Source of the DNA: an uncultured Thermoprotei archaeon
Lineage (GTDB): Archaea; Thermoproteota; Thermoprotei; Thermofilales; B15-G2
Assembly: GCA_965367815.1 (NCBI GenBank)
Contig: CBDUKN010000008.1
Coordinates: forward strand, 28,237-92,236
Length of the DNA stretch: 64,000 nucleotides
Reading direction: 5' to 3'
Shown here: positions 7,861 to 18,858 of the stretch, one piece after another
Numbering within the stretch: the first letter of the stretch is position 1
Layout of the letters: each line of letters opens with the position of its first letter
Made by a program: the position numbers and the translations under genes
Notes under the pieces: generated by a model
Database searches by the model: none
What the model was told of the DNA's origin: nothing
What the model saw: only the letters and a program-made list of their open reading frames with translations

Positions 7861-8550
7861 CTATTCTTCGTACTTCCTCTTTCTCTCGCTTACATATCGT
7901 CCTCGCATTCTAATTTCCTTGATCTTCGATTGTATTTTTTTAGCTATATTTTCGCCTCTAGCTTTACTGTATCCTTTAATAAAGTGCTTAAAAGCTTCGT
8001 ATGCGATGGAATAATGTGTACTTTCAAGTGATCGAAGGAATAAGTGTAGGTCTACGCTCTGATCTTCATAGTCTTTCGAAAATGCGCCTAAGCCGAAGTC
8101 GATAAAAGTTATGTCACCAGCGGGTTCTCTTATCATAATATTTGATGTAGTTAGATCTCCGTGAACTATACCTGCTTCATGAAGCAAACCTGTATAGTAA
8201 CCTGATTTCTCCAAGAAAACTGCTACGCTGCTTAGATCTTTCCCGCTGATGACTTCTTTTAAGAGTTTTCCTTCAATATACTCCATGACAATAGTTGTAT
8301 TTACCAAATCTATGAAATATACTACAGGTGTAGGCACTCCATTTTTAATACTATAAAACATGAGTTTTGCCTCGAGTAGTGTTCTACGTTTTCTTAGAGA
8401 AATATCTAGTTCTCTACATCTATAGCTCTTGGGAACTCTTATTTTTTTGACCGCGGGTAATTCCATAAAAGCTGTTTTCACGATAATCGCTTCAGCGCCC
8501 CAGCTTAACACTTCTTCATTGTTCGTCGAACCATGGTACATCGACTTCAT
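7861..8550 (-). CDS. bud32: Bud32/PRPK-type atypical kinase (KEOPS)
   Basis: GAEAIIV..., IVHGDLTTSNIM and FIDFGL. The 5' end overlaps the kae1 3' end. Confidence 0.85.
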   Translation of the reverse strand: MKSMYHGSTNNEEVLSWGAEAIIVKTAFMELPAVKKIRVPKSYRCRELDISLRKRRTLLEAKLMFYSIKNGVPTPVVYFIDLVNTTIVMEYIEGKLLKEVISGKDLSSVAVFLEKSGYYTGLLHEAGIVHGDLTTSNIMIREPAGDITFIDFGLGAFSKDYEDQSVDLHLFLRSLESTHYSIAYEAFKHFIKGYSKARGENIAKKIQSKIKEIRMRGRYVSERKRKYEE

Positions 8551-9523
8551 CTAGTCTCCACCTAGGCTTTATATAACTTTTTTCTATAGGAACTGTAATA
8601 TCATGTTTGATACACAAATACCCCGTGTAAGCTATCATGCCTCCATTATCTCCTGCATATTCTTTTGGAACTGTTTTGAATTCAACTGAGTGAGATGAAC
8701 ACATTTCTTTAAGTTTTCTTTGAAGTAGCTTGCTTCTAGCAACGCCGCCTGTTAGAACTACTACTTTTTTCCTTGTGTGGGCTAAGGCTCTTTCAGTTAC
8801 TTCAACTACCATATCATATGCCGTCTCGACAAAACTGAAGCAAAGGTCTTCTAAAGGCACACCGCCTGACGCCAGTTCGAGCCCTTTTGTTAAAAGGCCT
8901 GAAAGCGATAAATCTTGACCCTTTACTACGTAAGGTAACTCTATGTATCGCTTTCCTTTTTCGGCATATTTCTCTAAAATCGGCGGACCGGGAAAATTAA
9001 GGCCTATTTCTCTAGCGAAAACGTCTAGACAATTTCCTAGAGCTATGTCTAAAGTCTCTCCGAATACCCTATATCTCCCATCGCTGTAAGCCGCAATAAT
9101 AGTGTTTCCTCCCGAAACATATACAACAAGCGGATCTTTTACTTTGAGCAAGTATCGTGCTATTTCTATGTGTGCAACACAGTGATTTACAGGTACAAGT
9201 GGTTTTTCGAAGTAGGCGGCTAACGCCCGCGCAACGCTACAGCCTACTCTAAGGCAGGGACCTAGACCTGGACCAAATGATGCCGCTATAGCCGAAATAT
9301 CTTGAATAGATAACCCGGCTGTTGAAAGCGCTTTAGCTAGAACTTCGTGTGCTACTGATGCATGATGCTCAGCCGCTTCTCTTGGATGAATACCTCCTTC
9401 TGGAGGAATATAACTATCGTTAATGTTTGCTAACAAACCTCGTTTATTCGAAAAAATACCTACCCCAAAGGTATGGGCTGTAGTCTCTATTCCTAAGACT
9501 ACGACCTCGCTAGATTTTCTCAT
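8516..9523 (-). CDS. kae1: Kae1, tRNA N6-adenosine threonylcarbamoyltransferase (KEOPS)
   Basis: GIETTAHTFGVGI, NHCVAHIE and GGVARSKLLQ. Confidence 0.93.
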   Translation of the reverse strand: MRKSSEVVVLGIETTAHTFGVGIFSNKRGLLANINDSYIPPEGGIHPREAAEHHASVAHEVLAKALSTAGLSIQDISAIAASFGPGLGPCLRVGCSVARALAAYFEKPLVPVNHCVAHIEIARYLLKVKDPLVVYVSGGNTIIAAYSDGRYRVFGETLDIALGNCLDVFAREIGLNFPGPPILEKYAEKGKRYIELPYVVKGQDLSLSGLLTKGLELASGGVPLEDLCFSFVETAYDMVVEVTERALAHTRKKVVVLTGGVARSKLLQRKLKEMCSSHSVEFKTVPKEYAGDNGGMIAYTGYLCIKHDITVPIEKSYIKPRWRLDEVDVPWFDEQ

Positions 9524-9551
9524 TAGTTTAGTCCCACTTAGGTAGGCTGAA

Positions 9552-9722
9552 TTACTTGCGCTTAGTTAAGAAAATAGTGTAGCCACATCTGCCACAGTGA
9601 TACCGCTCAACAGGCTGCAGATGATGCCCCATTATCGACCCACATCTAGGGCACTTTTTATTTTTCAACCTAATATATCCCTTTTCGTAATCGTACTCAT
9701 ACAACTTATGTACATGAGCCAT
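9552..9722 (-). CDS. rps27ae: Ribosomal protein S27ae (eS31); 56 aa, below the ORF-track cutoff
   Basis: My own translation is MAHVHKLYEYDYEKGYIRLKNKKCPRCGSIMGHHLQPVERYHCGRCGYTIFLTKRK. It has a CxxC...CxxC zinc ribbon and the canonical position next to S24e. Confidence 0.8.
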   Translation of the reverse strand: MAHVHKLYEYDYEKGYIRLKNKKCPRCGSIMGHHLQPVERYHCGRCGYTIFLTKRK

Positions 9723-9731
9723 AGGAATCCC

Positions 9732-10082
9732 CTATGTTTTACTTCGTCTAAGCTCCTCTAATTTCTTTTTTCTTTCCTCTGGAGGAAGATTTTTAAGTAT
9801 TATGTGCAGAGGCTCTACTTTTCTAGCTCTTTCGGGAGATCTGTATATATGTACTTCAGCACGACTTCTACCTACGCCGAACTCTGTTATCATTTTACGT
9901 ATATACACAGTATTTATGTCGACTTTGAACTGTGACGCTAGATACTGCCTTACGTCGTATACCCTTGGGGTCCCCCTTGCAAAGTGGTGTACTATTAGTT
10001 CTAACTCCTTTCTTTCGAGCAGTTGGTTATCTCTTTCTTTAAGTATTTCTATCTTGAACTCTGTTTTAACGGCTTCTGCCAT
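9732..10082 (-). CDS. rps24e: Ribosomal protein S24e (eS24)
   Basis: LLERKELELIVHHFARGTPRVYDVRQYLA... The start is taken at the internal Met (MAEAVKTEF); the track ORF extends to 10130. Confidence 0.9.
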   Translation of the reverse strand: MAEAVKTEFKIEILKERDNQLLERKELELIVHHFARGTPRVYDVRQYLASQFKVDINTVYIRKMITEFGVGRSRAEVHIYRSPERARKVEPLHIILKNLPPEERKKKLEELRRSKT

Positions 10083-10209
10083 AGCTATTCCTCTAGTTTC
10101 ACGTCTGAAATTATATAAGTTTAATGCCATTTTGTATACCCTGATCTTCAGCTTCTATTGCTCCTAAAAGCAATTTATTAGAAAATAATTAATATTGTCT
10201 GTGCAGACG

Positions 10210-10416
10210 TTATCTTACTCGAAGTGCGTATCTTCCTGGCTTGCTTATACCTAGTTTATTAGCTACTATGGACTTGGCAGGATCAGTAACTATAATTATT
10301 CCGCTCCATTCTGTTGAGAATTCCTTTGAACCACATATTGGACACTCTTCTACTTTAATGTCTACTAGAGCTTTACACTTTTTACAAGCCTTCCAAGAAG
10401 ATAATCTTCGAGGCAT
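10210..10416 (-). CDS. spt4: Transcription elongation factor Spt4 (RpoE'')
   Basis: 68 aa with zinc ribbon CKKC...CPICGS. It lies downstream of rpoE'. Confidence 0.85.
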   Translation of the reverse strand: MPRRLSSWKACKKCKALVDIKVEECPICGSKEFSTEWSGIIIVTDPAKSIVANKLGISKPGRYALRVR

Positions 10417-10422
10417 TTATTT

Positions 10423-10998
10423 TCACCTCTTTTCTTTCTTCTTGGGCTTAGTTTCCTCTTCAATCCACTCGAGTTTACCTAAAGCATGTTGCCGCATAGT
10501 CATATGAACTCTAAATGTTTTAAGTTCTCCTGTTCCATAGCTTACAGAAGTTATTCTAGCTCTAACAATATCTCCTTTCTTTACAATGCGCTGCTTCTTT
10601 TTACCAATTAGTGCTTGTTGAGCTCTATCATATGTGAATTCTTCTTCTTCCTCTATTTGAGACACATGAATAAAGCCATCAATAGGTCCTAGTCTAACAA
10701 AAATTCCGTACTTTTCAACAGTCTCTACGTCTCCTTCAACTATTTCATTCTGAATCGGCGAAAAAACGAGAGCATCAAAATACACTTTATGATACAAGGC
10801 TCCGTCACCAGGTATTATTTTACCTACATCAGAAACTTTAACATTTATAACTGCAATAACTATACCTAAATTGGGTATCGTTCTACCTTCATAGCTTTCT
10901 TTAACTAACTCAAGTGCCGCCTCTTCAATAGGCTTTCTAAAATAACTAGGCGGTATTCTAAGCACATCTTCGATAGAGACTACTTGATACATCGCCAA
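10423..10998 (-). CDS. rpoE: DNA-directed RNA polymerase subunit E' (Rpo7)
   Basis: N-terminal MYQVVSIEDVLRIPPSYF and a C-terminal S1 domain (GDIVRARITSVS). Confidence 0.9.
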   Translation of the reverse strand: MAMYQVVSIEDVLRIPPSYFRKPIEEAALELVKESYEGRTIPNLGIVIAVINVKVSDVGKIIPGDGALYHKVYFDALVFSPIQNEIVEGDVETVEKYGIFVRLGPIDGFIHVSQIEEEEEFTYDRAQQALIGKKKQRIVKKGDIVRARITSVSYGTGELKTFRVHMTMRQHALGKLEWIEEETKPKKKEKR

Positions 10999-11141
10999 AA
11001 CTTAACGCGATCGATATATATTTTTAGCTACTATACCTCTTATTCGGCTAGATACTTTACACCACTTATCTCGTAGGCTGCCTGCGTATTTCTATGAAAA
11101 ATATGCTCTATTAAGGTCAATTAGGCGATAGATTGCTCGAA

Positions 11142-11549
11142 CTAAATTTCTCCAATCACTTCTATTCTCTTCTTTCTTATATTAACATAAATAACGGGAA
11201 TATTTTTGTAGAGAAGCATTTTCATCAAATACTTGTCATTTGTAGCTACAATACAGTCATTTGTACTCGCATAGCGTAGTATTTTCATATCTACAGATAT
11301 TTTTTCGGTCGGAAGATAGTCGACTACTTCACAGTATTTCTTTACAAAATCTACGATCAACTTAAATGTCTTTAGAATATTAGGCTTCTTGCGGATAAGA
11401 GCTTCTTCAAGCTCAATTAGAGAATCTTTCAACACAATAAGCTTAATTCTCTCTCCGAGCTCCTTTCTTACAAAATCTACAATATCTATTTTGTTGGAAA
11501 ACGATGCTACAAGGAAACTTAAATCGAAGAGTATCGCCTTTTTACGCAC
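11142..11549 (-). CDS. PIN-domain protein (Fcf1/COG1412-like)
   Basis: 135 aa. The acidic PIN-like pattern (FDLSFL..., IVATNDKYL) and the conserved position upstream of rpoE' support the call. Confidence 0.6.
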   Translation of the reverse strand: MRKKAILFDLSFLVASFSNKIDIVDFVRKELGERIKLIVLKDSLIELEEALIRKKPNILKTFKLIVDFVKKYCEVVDYLPTEKISVDMKILRYASTNDCIVATNDKYLMKMLLYKNIPVIYVNIRKKRIEVIGEI

Positions 11550-11673
11550 AGTATGAAGTCAGCTTTCCTCTATTTTAATTATAGCTAATTTTACGCTTAT
11601 TAAATTCTATTTTCTCGAGCGAAATTTTAACAACTATTTAATAAAACTTTTTTACCTGCAAATAAAACGGTTA

Positions 11674-13008
11674 GTGATGCGAAAAAGAAGAGTTATAATA
11701 ATGGGTGCTGGCGGACGAGATTTTCATAATTTTAATGTCTTTTTCCGAGATAATGAACAATACGAGGTTGTAGCCTTTACAGCAGCACAAATACCCAATA
11801 TTGCTGACAGAATTTATCCGCCAGAACTAGCGGGTAAATTATATCCTAAGGGAATACCAATATATCCTGAAGAAAACTTACCCGAGTTAATAGAAAAATA
11901 TCAGGTCGACGAAGTAGTCTTAGCTTATAGTGACCTTCTATTCGATGATGTAATGAATAAAGCTTCTTTAGTTTTAGCTAAAGGAGCTAGTTTCAGAATT
12001 CTTGGACCGAAGGACACTATGCTTCAGGCACAGAAGCCAGTAATAGCAATATGTGCCGTAAGAACTGGTGCTGGGAAAAGTACTACGACTAGATACGTCG
12101 TAAATGTGCTAAGAAAAAGAGGAATTAAAGTAGGTGTTGTTAGACACCCTATGCCTTATGGAGACTTAAAGCAACAAATAGTTCAGAAATTTACTAAGCT
12201 TAAAGATTTAGACAAATATAACTGTACTATCGAGGAACGAGAAGAGTATGAACCCTTAATAAATTTAGGAGTCACAGTATACGCAGGCGTAGACTACGAG
12301 AAAGTGCTTAAGCTAGTAGAATCAGAAAACGACATAATTATATGGGATGGAGGAAACAACGATTTTCCGTTTTTCAAACCCGACATAATAATAACTGTTG
12401 CTGATCCAACGCGGCCGGGACAAGAAGTATTCTCTTATCCAGGTCAAGTAAACGTCAGATTGGCCGATATTATTTTAATAAATAAAGTAAACGTCGCAGA
12501 CACAGCATCAGCGGAAAAAGTAGAAAGAAACGTGAGATCTTTGAATCCAAAAGCAGTAATTCTGAAAGCTCACTCTATAATAAAAGTAGATAAACCTGAG
12601 CTTATCAAGGGAAAAAGAGTACTAGTTATAGAAGATGGCCCCTCAGTAACTCACGGTCATTTAGGCTATGGAGCAGGATACCAGGCTGCCCTCAAGTATG
12701 GTGCATCAGAAATTATTGACCCAAAGCCCTATGCTGTTGGCTCGATTAAAGAAGCTTACGAGAAATACAAGCATTTACGTAAAGTTTTACCAGCACTTGG
12801 CTATGGATACAAGCAAGTAAAAGAACTTGAAGAAGTAATAAGCAAAATTGACTGCGACACGATAATTCTAGGAACTCCCACAGATTTACGAAGAATAATT
12901 AAAATAGATAAACCGGTAGTAAGAGTATATTACGAATTATACTTTCCTCAAAAACCAGATTTAGAAGACATTTTAGTAGAAAGGTTAAGTAGACTGGGCA
13001 TTCTCTAG
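11674..13008 (+). CDS. P-loop protein of the COG2403 / cyclic-2,3-diphosphoglycerate-synthetase-like family
   Basis: N-terminal Rossmann-like IIMGAGGRDFHNFN and Walker A RTGAGKSTT. Family assigned by recall. Confidence 0.5.
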   Translation: MMRKRRVIIMGAGGRDFHNFNVFFRDNEQYEVVAFTAAQIPNIADRIYPPELAGKLYPKGIPIYPEENLPELIEKYQVDEVVLAYSDLLFDDVMNKASLVLAKGASFRILGPKDTMLQAQKPVIAICAVRTGAGKSTTTRYVVNVLRKRGIKVGVVRHPMPYGDLKQQIVQKFTKLKDLDKYNCTIEEREEYEPLINLGVTVYAGVDYEKVLKLVESENDIIIWDGGNNDFPFFKPDIIITVADPTRPGQEVFSYPGQVNVRLADIILINKVNVADTASAEKVERNVRSLNPKAVILKAHSIIKVDKPELIKGKRVLVIEDGPSVTHGHLGYGAGYQAALKYGASEIIDPKPYAVGSIKEAYEKYKHLRKVLPALGYGYKQVKELEEVISKIDCDTIILGTPTDLRRIIKIDKPVVRVYYELYFPQKPDLEDILVERLSRLGIL

Positions 13009-13827
13009 CATACGCTTTATTTTCTCCGATATCTCTCTGCTGATTTTTCTTCCTAGTTCTGCACAGTACATTATTTCATCTGCAGTAAACATTCCTCTTC
13101 CACCTTTCTGAATAGCACATATTTTCCCCTCTTCATTGAACGATATTGTCAGTCTAGCATCCATTATCAGCTCTTCTTCATAACACGGATCTACTACAAT
13201 TTTTTCACCTATTTTCGCAAATGTTACAGGTATGGCTTCATGCTGTATGGGCAGTTCTTCTTTTTCTTCAAGTATTTTGACGTTCTCGTTTTCAACAGCA
13301 TGCTTAGGGATTTTAGTGCATACTAGTGCACAGTAGGCTGCTAGCCCTGAAGCATCCATTAAATTCCCGTCGTGGTTTAGCGCATATATGTCTATGTAGA
13401 GAGCCCAGACAGATTTTCCAGGCACAATACACAGCTTCTTGAGATCAACTACCTTAGCGCTTCTTATGCCTCTGTCTACTACTCTAGCTATCTCAATGTC
13501 ATCCTCGCCTGGAGGCCCTGGCTCAAAAGTAGGTGATGCTAGGGGAATTAGTTCAGTATTCACTATCAATACTCCTTCGTCCGGTGTATCGGGGAACGGT
13601 TTGCCTAATACTGATTTTACTCCAGCTATGACCATGGTATTGCCTATATTCACTATTGCCGAGCCTTCGGCCTTTTCTATTACATTAAATTCAACTGAAA
13701 TTTCCCTGTATTCATCTAATTTTCTTCCATCTATGCGCGTGTTCTTTCCCAATAAGGCCTCGATAGTCTTTTTCTTGATAATAGGTATTATTTCCTCAGA
13801 TTTAGCCAAGTTCCTCACCACTCCCAA
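12985..13827 (-). CDS. rrp42: Exosome subunit Rrp42
   Basis: RNase PH fold ([15 protein letters not shown]...) immediately downstream of rrp41. Confidence 0.88.
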   Translation of the reverse strand: MGVVRNLAKSEEIIPIIKKKTIEALLGKNTRIDGRKLDEYREISVEFNVIEKAEGSAIVNIGNTMVIAGVKSVLGKPFPDTPDEGVLIVNTELIPLASPTFEPGPPGEDDIEIARVVDRGIRSAKVVDLKKLCIVPGKSVWALYIDIYALNHDGNLMDASGLAAYCALVCTKIPKHAVENENVKILEEKEELPIQHEAIPVTFAKIGEKIVVDPCYEEELIMDARLTISFNEEGKICAIQKGGRGMFTADEIMYCAELGRKISREISEKIKRMLENAQST

Positions 13828-14533
13828 TATACTTTGATTTAAGAGCCTCTTTCTGCTTCTTATATATTTGCATAATCCCGGCTTTAGCTAGCTCGAGAAC
13901 CTCTTTTAGTTCCTCTATTGTTATGAGTCCGTCGGCTTGAAGCAAAGTTATTTGGTTAAGTCCAGGCATCATTGCCACGGGGATATCTGCCTCTCCGTAC
14001 TGGTCTTCTAAGTGATTCAAATCCAATGCGATTTTTCCATCAATTTTTCCAACTGCTACTGCTGCGACTAAATCTCTCATAGGTATTCCTGCATCGGCTA
14101 GCGCCACAGCTGCTGCTGTTATAGATGCGCATCTAGTTCCCCCATCTGCCTGTAGAACTTCTATGAAAACATCTATGGATGTTCTAGGGAACATCTCTAA
14201 AAAAAGAGCTGGTTCCAGTGCCTGCCTTATTACTTTGGATAATTCTACTTCTCTGCGTGAAGGAGCTGGACTTTTTCTCTCAGGTACAGAGAATGGTGCC
14301 ATGTGATATCGACACCTAAGTACAGCTCTATCGGGTAGAGATAGATGTCTTGGATGTAGCTCTCTAGGCCCATAGACTGCAACCATTATTTTATTTTTCC
14401 CTTGAACAATATAGGCTGATCCATCAGCATTCTTCAATACTCCTACCTTTATCTCAATAGATCTCAGTTCATCTAGTTTTCGTCCATCTACTCTGAGCCC
14501 CTCTTCATTGAGTAAAATCGGTTTCTCTTTCAT
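13802..14533 (-). CDS. rrp41: Exosome catalytic subunit Rrp41
   Basis: [30 protein letters not shown]..., RNase PH family. Confidence 0.92.
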   Translation of the reverse strand: MKEKPILLNEEGLRVDGRKLDELRSIEIKVGVLKNADGSAYIVQGKNKIMVAVYGPRELHPRHLSLPDRAVLRCRYHMAPFSVPERKSPAPSRREVELSKVIRQALEPALFLEMFPRTSIDVFIEVLQADGGTRCASITAAAVALADAGIPMRDLVAAVAVGKIDGKIALDLNHLEDQYGEADIPVAMMPGLNQITLLQADGLITIEELKEVLELAKAGIMQIYKKQKEALKSKYIGSGEELG

Positions 14534-15234
14534 TAGATAACCCCCTCCTTTTTTGCTTTAATAATTATATTTTTAATTTTGTCGGTTAATCCAGTCACAT
14601 GCGCCTCTTTTTCGATCATTTTAATAAGCCTCACGGCAAATAGCTCTCTTGCTTTGTTCTTCCCAGTTACAAGTATTCTTCCATTTTGCCCTACTATTAT
14701 CTCACAGTCGAGCTCTCTTTCGAGCATAGAAATCATAGACCCTCTTTTGCCTATTACACGAGGAACTTTAACAGGCGATATTTCTACGAGAGACCCACGC
14801 TCAACTTTTCCTAGCTTCGATTCTTTAATTGTTAATTGAGGGTCTCTCATTAGATCGAAGGCTATTACTTTCGCTACTATTATATCACCTATATCGAGGA
14901 ATTTTCTTAACTGAATTTTAGTTATGTCTACGGGTTTAGAAAGAGCATCTGTTACTTGAAGATACCCTGTATACGGAGAATTTATATCTATTAGCCAGCT
15001 AGCTATACCCACATCAACTACCTTGCCTATAACTATGTCATTTACTTTTGGTATATAACATCCCTTAAGCGGTATTACTGTAATAATTCTACCTTCACGT
15101 ATTTCAGCCAACCCTAACACACTTGAATATATCTTTCCGTCTATAGAGTACACATTGTTTCCTAAATTGTAGTTTCCTTCAGCTAGTAAGTCTCCAGGAG
15201 CTACTATCTGTCTCTGGGTGAAGAAAACAGGCAT
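14533..15234 (-). CDS. rrp4: Exosome RNA-binding subunit Rrp4 (S1 + KH)
   Basis: IVAPGDLL..., an S1 segment ([11 protein letters not shown]) and a KH motif (VIGKRGSMI). Confidence 0.9.
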   Translation of the reverse strand: MPVFFTQRQIVAPGDLLAEGNYNLGNNVYSIDGKIYSSVLGLAEIREGRIITVIPLKGCYIPKVNDIVIGKVVDVGIASWLIDINSPYTGYLQVTDALSKPVDITKIQLRKFLDIGDIIVAKVIAFDLMRDPQLTIKESKLGKVERGSLVEISPVKVPRVIGKRGSMISMLERELDCEIIVGQNGRILVTGKNKARELFAVRLIKMIEKEAHVTGLTDKIKNIIIKAKKEGVI

Positions 15235-15244
15235 ATTATCCCCA

Positions 15245-15952
15245 TTATCTTCCGGTCTTACTAATAATCTTTACTTCAGCAGACCCTTTCGTCAAGCTCG
15301 CTATCTTGTCTATTAAAGATGTCTGTATTCCTGCAGGAATTTCTATTTCTACAATCCATGTACCATCACTCTGATACTCACTTCGTATGAGCTTCCCTAC
15401 TTTTAGAATATAGCCTTGGGCTCTGCCTATGTACTGTGGAGGAATCTTTATTCCAACTAGCACTTTTTCCATTTTCAGAGGAAGCACTTTACGTAGTTCT
15501 TTTAGTATTTCTGTAACCTGAACCTCAACTGGCTTGAATGGATCTATACCAACCTTGACCTTCTCTAGAACTAATTCTATGCGTTTAGGGGGTATTGGGA
15601 GCCCTGTGCGTGCATCAACGCAGTTTCTGGCAATATACTCTATAATTTGCTTCTTTTTAGACTCAATAAGCTCTCTTCTTTGCTCAGCTGTTAACTGAAG
15701 CTCTCCTTCTTTAAGTATTCTCTCGGCTACTTTATAGAAGTCTGTTGTACCGAATATTTTCCTAATATCTTCCTCGGATGCTTTAAGTCCTTTTCTTGCA
15801 TCTGCGTAAATAATGTCTCCTTCAACTATCTCATAAATATCTATCTTTTTCCCGCTACGGTACTTCCATGCTTTTTCAGCGTCTACTATTATTTCGAAAC
15901 GAAGCTTTCCTCTAGTTAATCTAGCTATTACTTTCTGCCTTTTACCGCTCAT
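15245..15952 (-). CDS. SBDS/Sdo1 ribosome maturation protein
   Basis: [28 protein letters not shown]...[23 protein letters not shown]. Confidence 0.9.
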   Translation of the reverse strand: MSGKRQKVIARLTRGKLRFEIIVDAEKAWKYRSGKKIDIYEIVEGDIIYADARKGLKASEEDIRKIFGTTDFYKVAERILKEGELQLTAEQRRELIESKKKQIIEYIARNCVDARTGLPIPPKRIELVLEKVKVGIDPFKPVEVQVTEILKELRKVLPLKMEKVLVGIKIPPQYIGRAQGYILKVGKLIRSEYQSDGTWIVEIEIPAGIQTSLIDKIASLTKGSAEVKIISKTGR

Positions 15953-16673
15953 GATATACCTCCCTCATTTTTTGCAAATATTTTTCAAGTTCATTAATAG
16001 TTAGTTTTCTGAACCTTTTAGTTTTTACGTCAACATATCCTGCTTCAACAACGTCTTTTTTGGCTCCCCCCTCAATAGTTTTGTCTAGTACATGAAGCGC
16101 CAATAGGAGTGCTTCTTCTAGAGACATATCTTCACGGTACATTCTTTCAAGCATACTTAGTGCTGTTTCTCCGCCAGATCCTATTGCATGAGCATATAAG
16201 CTGAGATACGATCCTTGAGGGTCTGTCTGCATTAACTTAGGTTCTGTTGCGTCTACTCCTGCTATGAGGAATGCTACTCCGAACGGTCTTACACCGCCAT
16301 GCTGAGTAAACGCCTGCTTTATGTCGCATATTCTTCTGGCTAAAGTTTCTACGGGAATAGGTTCATCGTAAATAAGTCTATGAATCTGCGCGTATTCTCT
16401 TGCTTTATCGATTAGCACACGCGCATCAGAAGCAAGGCCCGCGAAAGTCAGCCCTATATGCTCGTCTATCTTCTGTATTTTATCAAAAGGCTCTGCTAAA
16501 GGAAACTGCTTTTTATTTTCTACTGCTAAAACTACGCCTTCTTTACACCTAATACCTATAGAGGTGTAGCCTCTGCGGACTGCTTCGAAAGCATACTCTA
16601 CTTGATATAGTCTGCCATCTGGCGAGAAAATAGTTATTGCCCGGTCATATCCCATCGACGGAGCAGTCATCAT
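15942..16673 (-). CDS. psmA: Proteasome alpha subunit
   Basis: [20 protein letters not shown] signature. Confidence 0.95.
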   Translation of the reverse strand: MMTAPSMGYDRAITIFSPDGRLYQVEYAFEAVRRGYTSIGIRCKEGVVLAVENKKQFPLAEPFDKIQKIDEHIGLTFAGLASDARVLIDKAREYAQIHRLIYDEPIPVETLARRICDIKQAFTQHGGVRPFGVAFLIAGVDATEPKLMQTDPQGSYLSLYAHAIGSGGETALSMLERMYREDMSLEEALLLALHVLDKTIEGGAKKDVVEAGYVDVKTKRFRKLTINELEKYLQKMREVYHER

Positions 16674-16794
16674 TAAGCCTCACCAGCATTCTTTCTACAC
16701 TTCTAGCTATAAAAATATTGTCGTAATATAACTTCAAAGTATATATAACATTAATTATCACACAAACTAAATATTTCAAACAATATTATTTAGT

Positions 16795-17253
16795 TTAAAT
16801 TAAACCTATCGATTTCAAGTATTTTCTAGCTTCTTGTATGTCACATCTAGCTAGCGGCAAAAGGATCTTCATTTTAATTATATCATCTGAAAATGGAGCC
16901 AGCCTTATGTGGCCATGATATGCTTCCTGTTTATCCAATCTTAAGTAAAGATTACCAGAACCATCAATACGTAAGTCAAGAGTATCGTTTATTACTTGTT
17001 TATCGTCTTCACCGAGCCTTTCTACAAGATATTTGACTACGAGGCTTGCCTTGCTAGAATCGCCTATGTCCGCTCTAATGATTGTTATTGGGTTTCCGAA
17101 GTATCCCTTGAGATTTTCTGTTGTTAATTTAATTTTGTCTCTTATTTCTGGTGGAATAGTGTTTAGTAAAGCCTGCTTTACTTTACTTATATCTTCGGTT
17201 GCGTGACAGAAAGCTTCTATTACTACTCTATTGCTTAGTTTCTTGAGACTCAT
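16795..17253 (-). CDS. COG1325/DUF54-type RNA-binding protein (exosome-superoperon associated)
   Basis: 152 aa with N-terminal [16 protein letters not shown]. Its conserved neighbourhood is beside L15e and the exosome/proteasome genes. Confidence 0.5.
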   Translation of the reverse strand: MSLKKLSNRVVIEAFCHATEDISKVKQALLNTIPPEIRDKIKLTTENLKGYFGNPITIIRADIGDSSKASLVVKYLVERLGEDDKQVINDTLDLRIDGSGNLYLRLDKQEAYHGHIRLAPFSDDIIKMKILLPLARCDIQEARKYLKSIGLI

Positions 17254-17770
17254 TATTTTGCCTCAACTTTTCTACTATCTTCTTAATCACGTGCTTATAC
17301 TTCTTTTTCTTCTTGTAACCTATTAGCCAGTTGTAATGAGGATCGTTTCTAATTACTGGATGGAATGGGTCTACGAGTATCACTTCGAACCATTTGTATT
17401 CTCCGTCTTCGCCAACCCAGTAGGATCCTAAAACTTCCATATTTGGATACTTTCGGGCAGCCTTTTCTTCTGCTATTAGCTGTAGACTCTTCTTAGGGGT
17501 ATGACCATAGATACCCATTCTTTTAGGTCTTCTGCCAGCTCTTGGTCTGGGTTTATTCATGGCACCTTTTCTTACACGTACTCTGACAACTATTATTCCC
17601 TGCTTGGCCTTATATCCTAGCGCTCTAGCTCTATTGAGTCTAGTGGGCTTAGGTATGCGAACTACAGTTGGTTCACGGCGCCACTTTATTAGTCTTTTTT
17701 TGAGTATTTCCCCTAAGGGTCCATCATATGGTCTCTTCCATGCCTTAGCTAAGTATTTGTAGAGCGACAT
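17228..17770 (-). CDS. rpl15e: Ribosomal protein L15e (eL15)
   Basis: [11 protein letters not shown]...[21 protein letters not shown]. Confidence 0.93.
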   Translation of the reverse strand: MSLYKYLAKAWKRPYDGPLGEILKKRLIKWRREPTVVRIPKPTRLNRARALGYKAKQGIIVVRVRVRKGAMNKPRPRAGRRPKRMGIYGHTPKKSLQLIAEEKAARKYPNMEVLGSYWVGEDGEYKWFEVILVDPFHPVIRNDPHYNWLIGYKKKKKYKHVIKKIVEKLRQNNESQETKQ

Positions 17771-17803
17771 TGTTACCTCGTCTTCTTAAAATAGGGAAGT
17801 ATA

Positions 17804-18751
17804 TTAGTTTTCTGTTGCCTGTTCAAGTATGCTTATAATCTTCTGGACTACAGTCACTCCTGTGCGTCTTTGAGCTTCCCTAGTCATGGACCCTATATGT
17901 GGAGTTGCTATGACTTTAGGGTGATTTACTAGCTTTATTTCCCAGTCTTCTACAGGAGGCTCCTTAGTAAATACGTCTAATGCAGCACCCGCCACAATGC
18001 CTTCATCTAATGCTCTTAGCAAGGCTTTTCCATCAATTATTTCAGCTCTCGATGTATTTATTATATATACTCCTCTTTTCATAATTTTGAACATATTTTC
18101 ATCTATTAAGTGGTAAGTCTCTTTAGTTAAAGGTACGTGCAAAGTTATTATGTCGCTTTGCTTAATTAAGTCCTCTATGTTTTTTGCAGGTTCTATTCCC
18201 AGAGCCCTGCATGTCTCTTCTAAGCGATGTCTTCTGTACCCTATAACCTTCATTTGAAAACCTTTAGCTATTCTGCATACTTCACTGCCTACACTACCCA
18301 GCCCTATTACACCTAGAGTCTTCCCCTTTAACTCCATGCCTAAAAGCTTCTTCTTAAGCCACTTTCCTTCACAAAGCCCTTTCCAACCAAGGTGTATTCC
18401 TCTAACAAGACATATCATTAGCCCAAATACTAGTTCTGCAACAGCTGTCGCGAGTGCTTCAGGTGAGTTGACCACTATTATCCCTTTACTCTTAGCATAC
18501 TCTACATCAATATTATCTAGACCAGACCCCGCTCTTGCTATAATCTTAAGGTTGTTCGCTTGATCTATGACTTCGCGCGTAACTTTCGTAGCACTTCTTA
18601 CTATAATGACATGATATTCTCCGATTATTTTTGCCAGTTCTTGCGGAGAAGGTGACTCTACAAAGCTAACCTCAAACCCATGTTTTTTAAGAAGATCAAT
18701 AGCTTCACTTGCTATTGGGTCACAAATAAGTACTTTATATTTCGCAGCCAT
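17804..18751 (-). CDS. D-isomer-specific 2-hydroxyacid dehydrogenase (phosphoglycerate dehydrogenase / glyoxylate reductase type)
   Basis: NAD motif GVIGLGSVGSEV and catalytic-region ATPHIGSMT. The start is taken at the internal MAAKYKVLICD; the track ORF extends to 18799. Confidence 0.85.
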   Translation of the reverse strand: MAAKYKVLICDPIASEAIDLLKKHGFEVSFVESPSPQELAKIIGEYHVIIVRSATKVTREVIDQANNLKIIARAGSGLDNIDVEYAKSKGIIVVNSPEALATAVAELVFGLMICLVRGIHLGWKGLCEGKWLKKKLLGMELKGKTLGVIGLGSVGSEVCRIAKGFQMKVIGYRRHRLEETCRALGIEPAKNIEDLIKQSDIITLHVPLTKETYHLIDENMFKIMKRGVYIINTSRAEIIDGKALLRALDEGIVAGAALDVFTKEPPVEDWEIKLVNHPKVIATPHIGSMTREAQRRTGVTVVQKIISILEQATEN

Positions 18752-18858
18752 CTCGATTACTAGTCTTTTCTGCTTAATTAAACCTTTGTTATGCGACAAA
18801 AGTTTTTATTGAAGCATAGTCTTGTGATAGGGAGCACCACTATCCGAGGCTGAGATGA

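Noticed and set aside
16764-16796. AT-rich inverted repeat AAACTAAATA...TATTTAGTTT at the 3' end of the COG1325 gene as a terminator
   Set aside because: Archaeal termination relies mainly on oligo-T tracts. A 10-bp all-A/T stem in a hyperthermophile would be unstable. This is not enough to call a feature.
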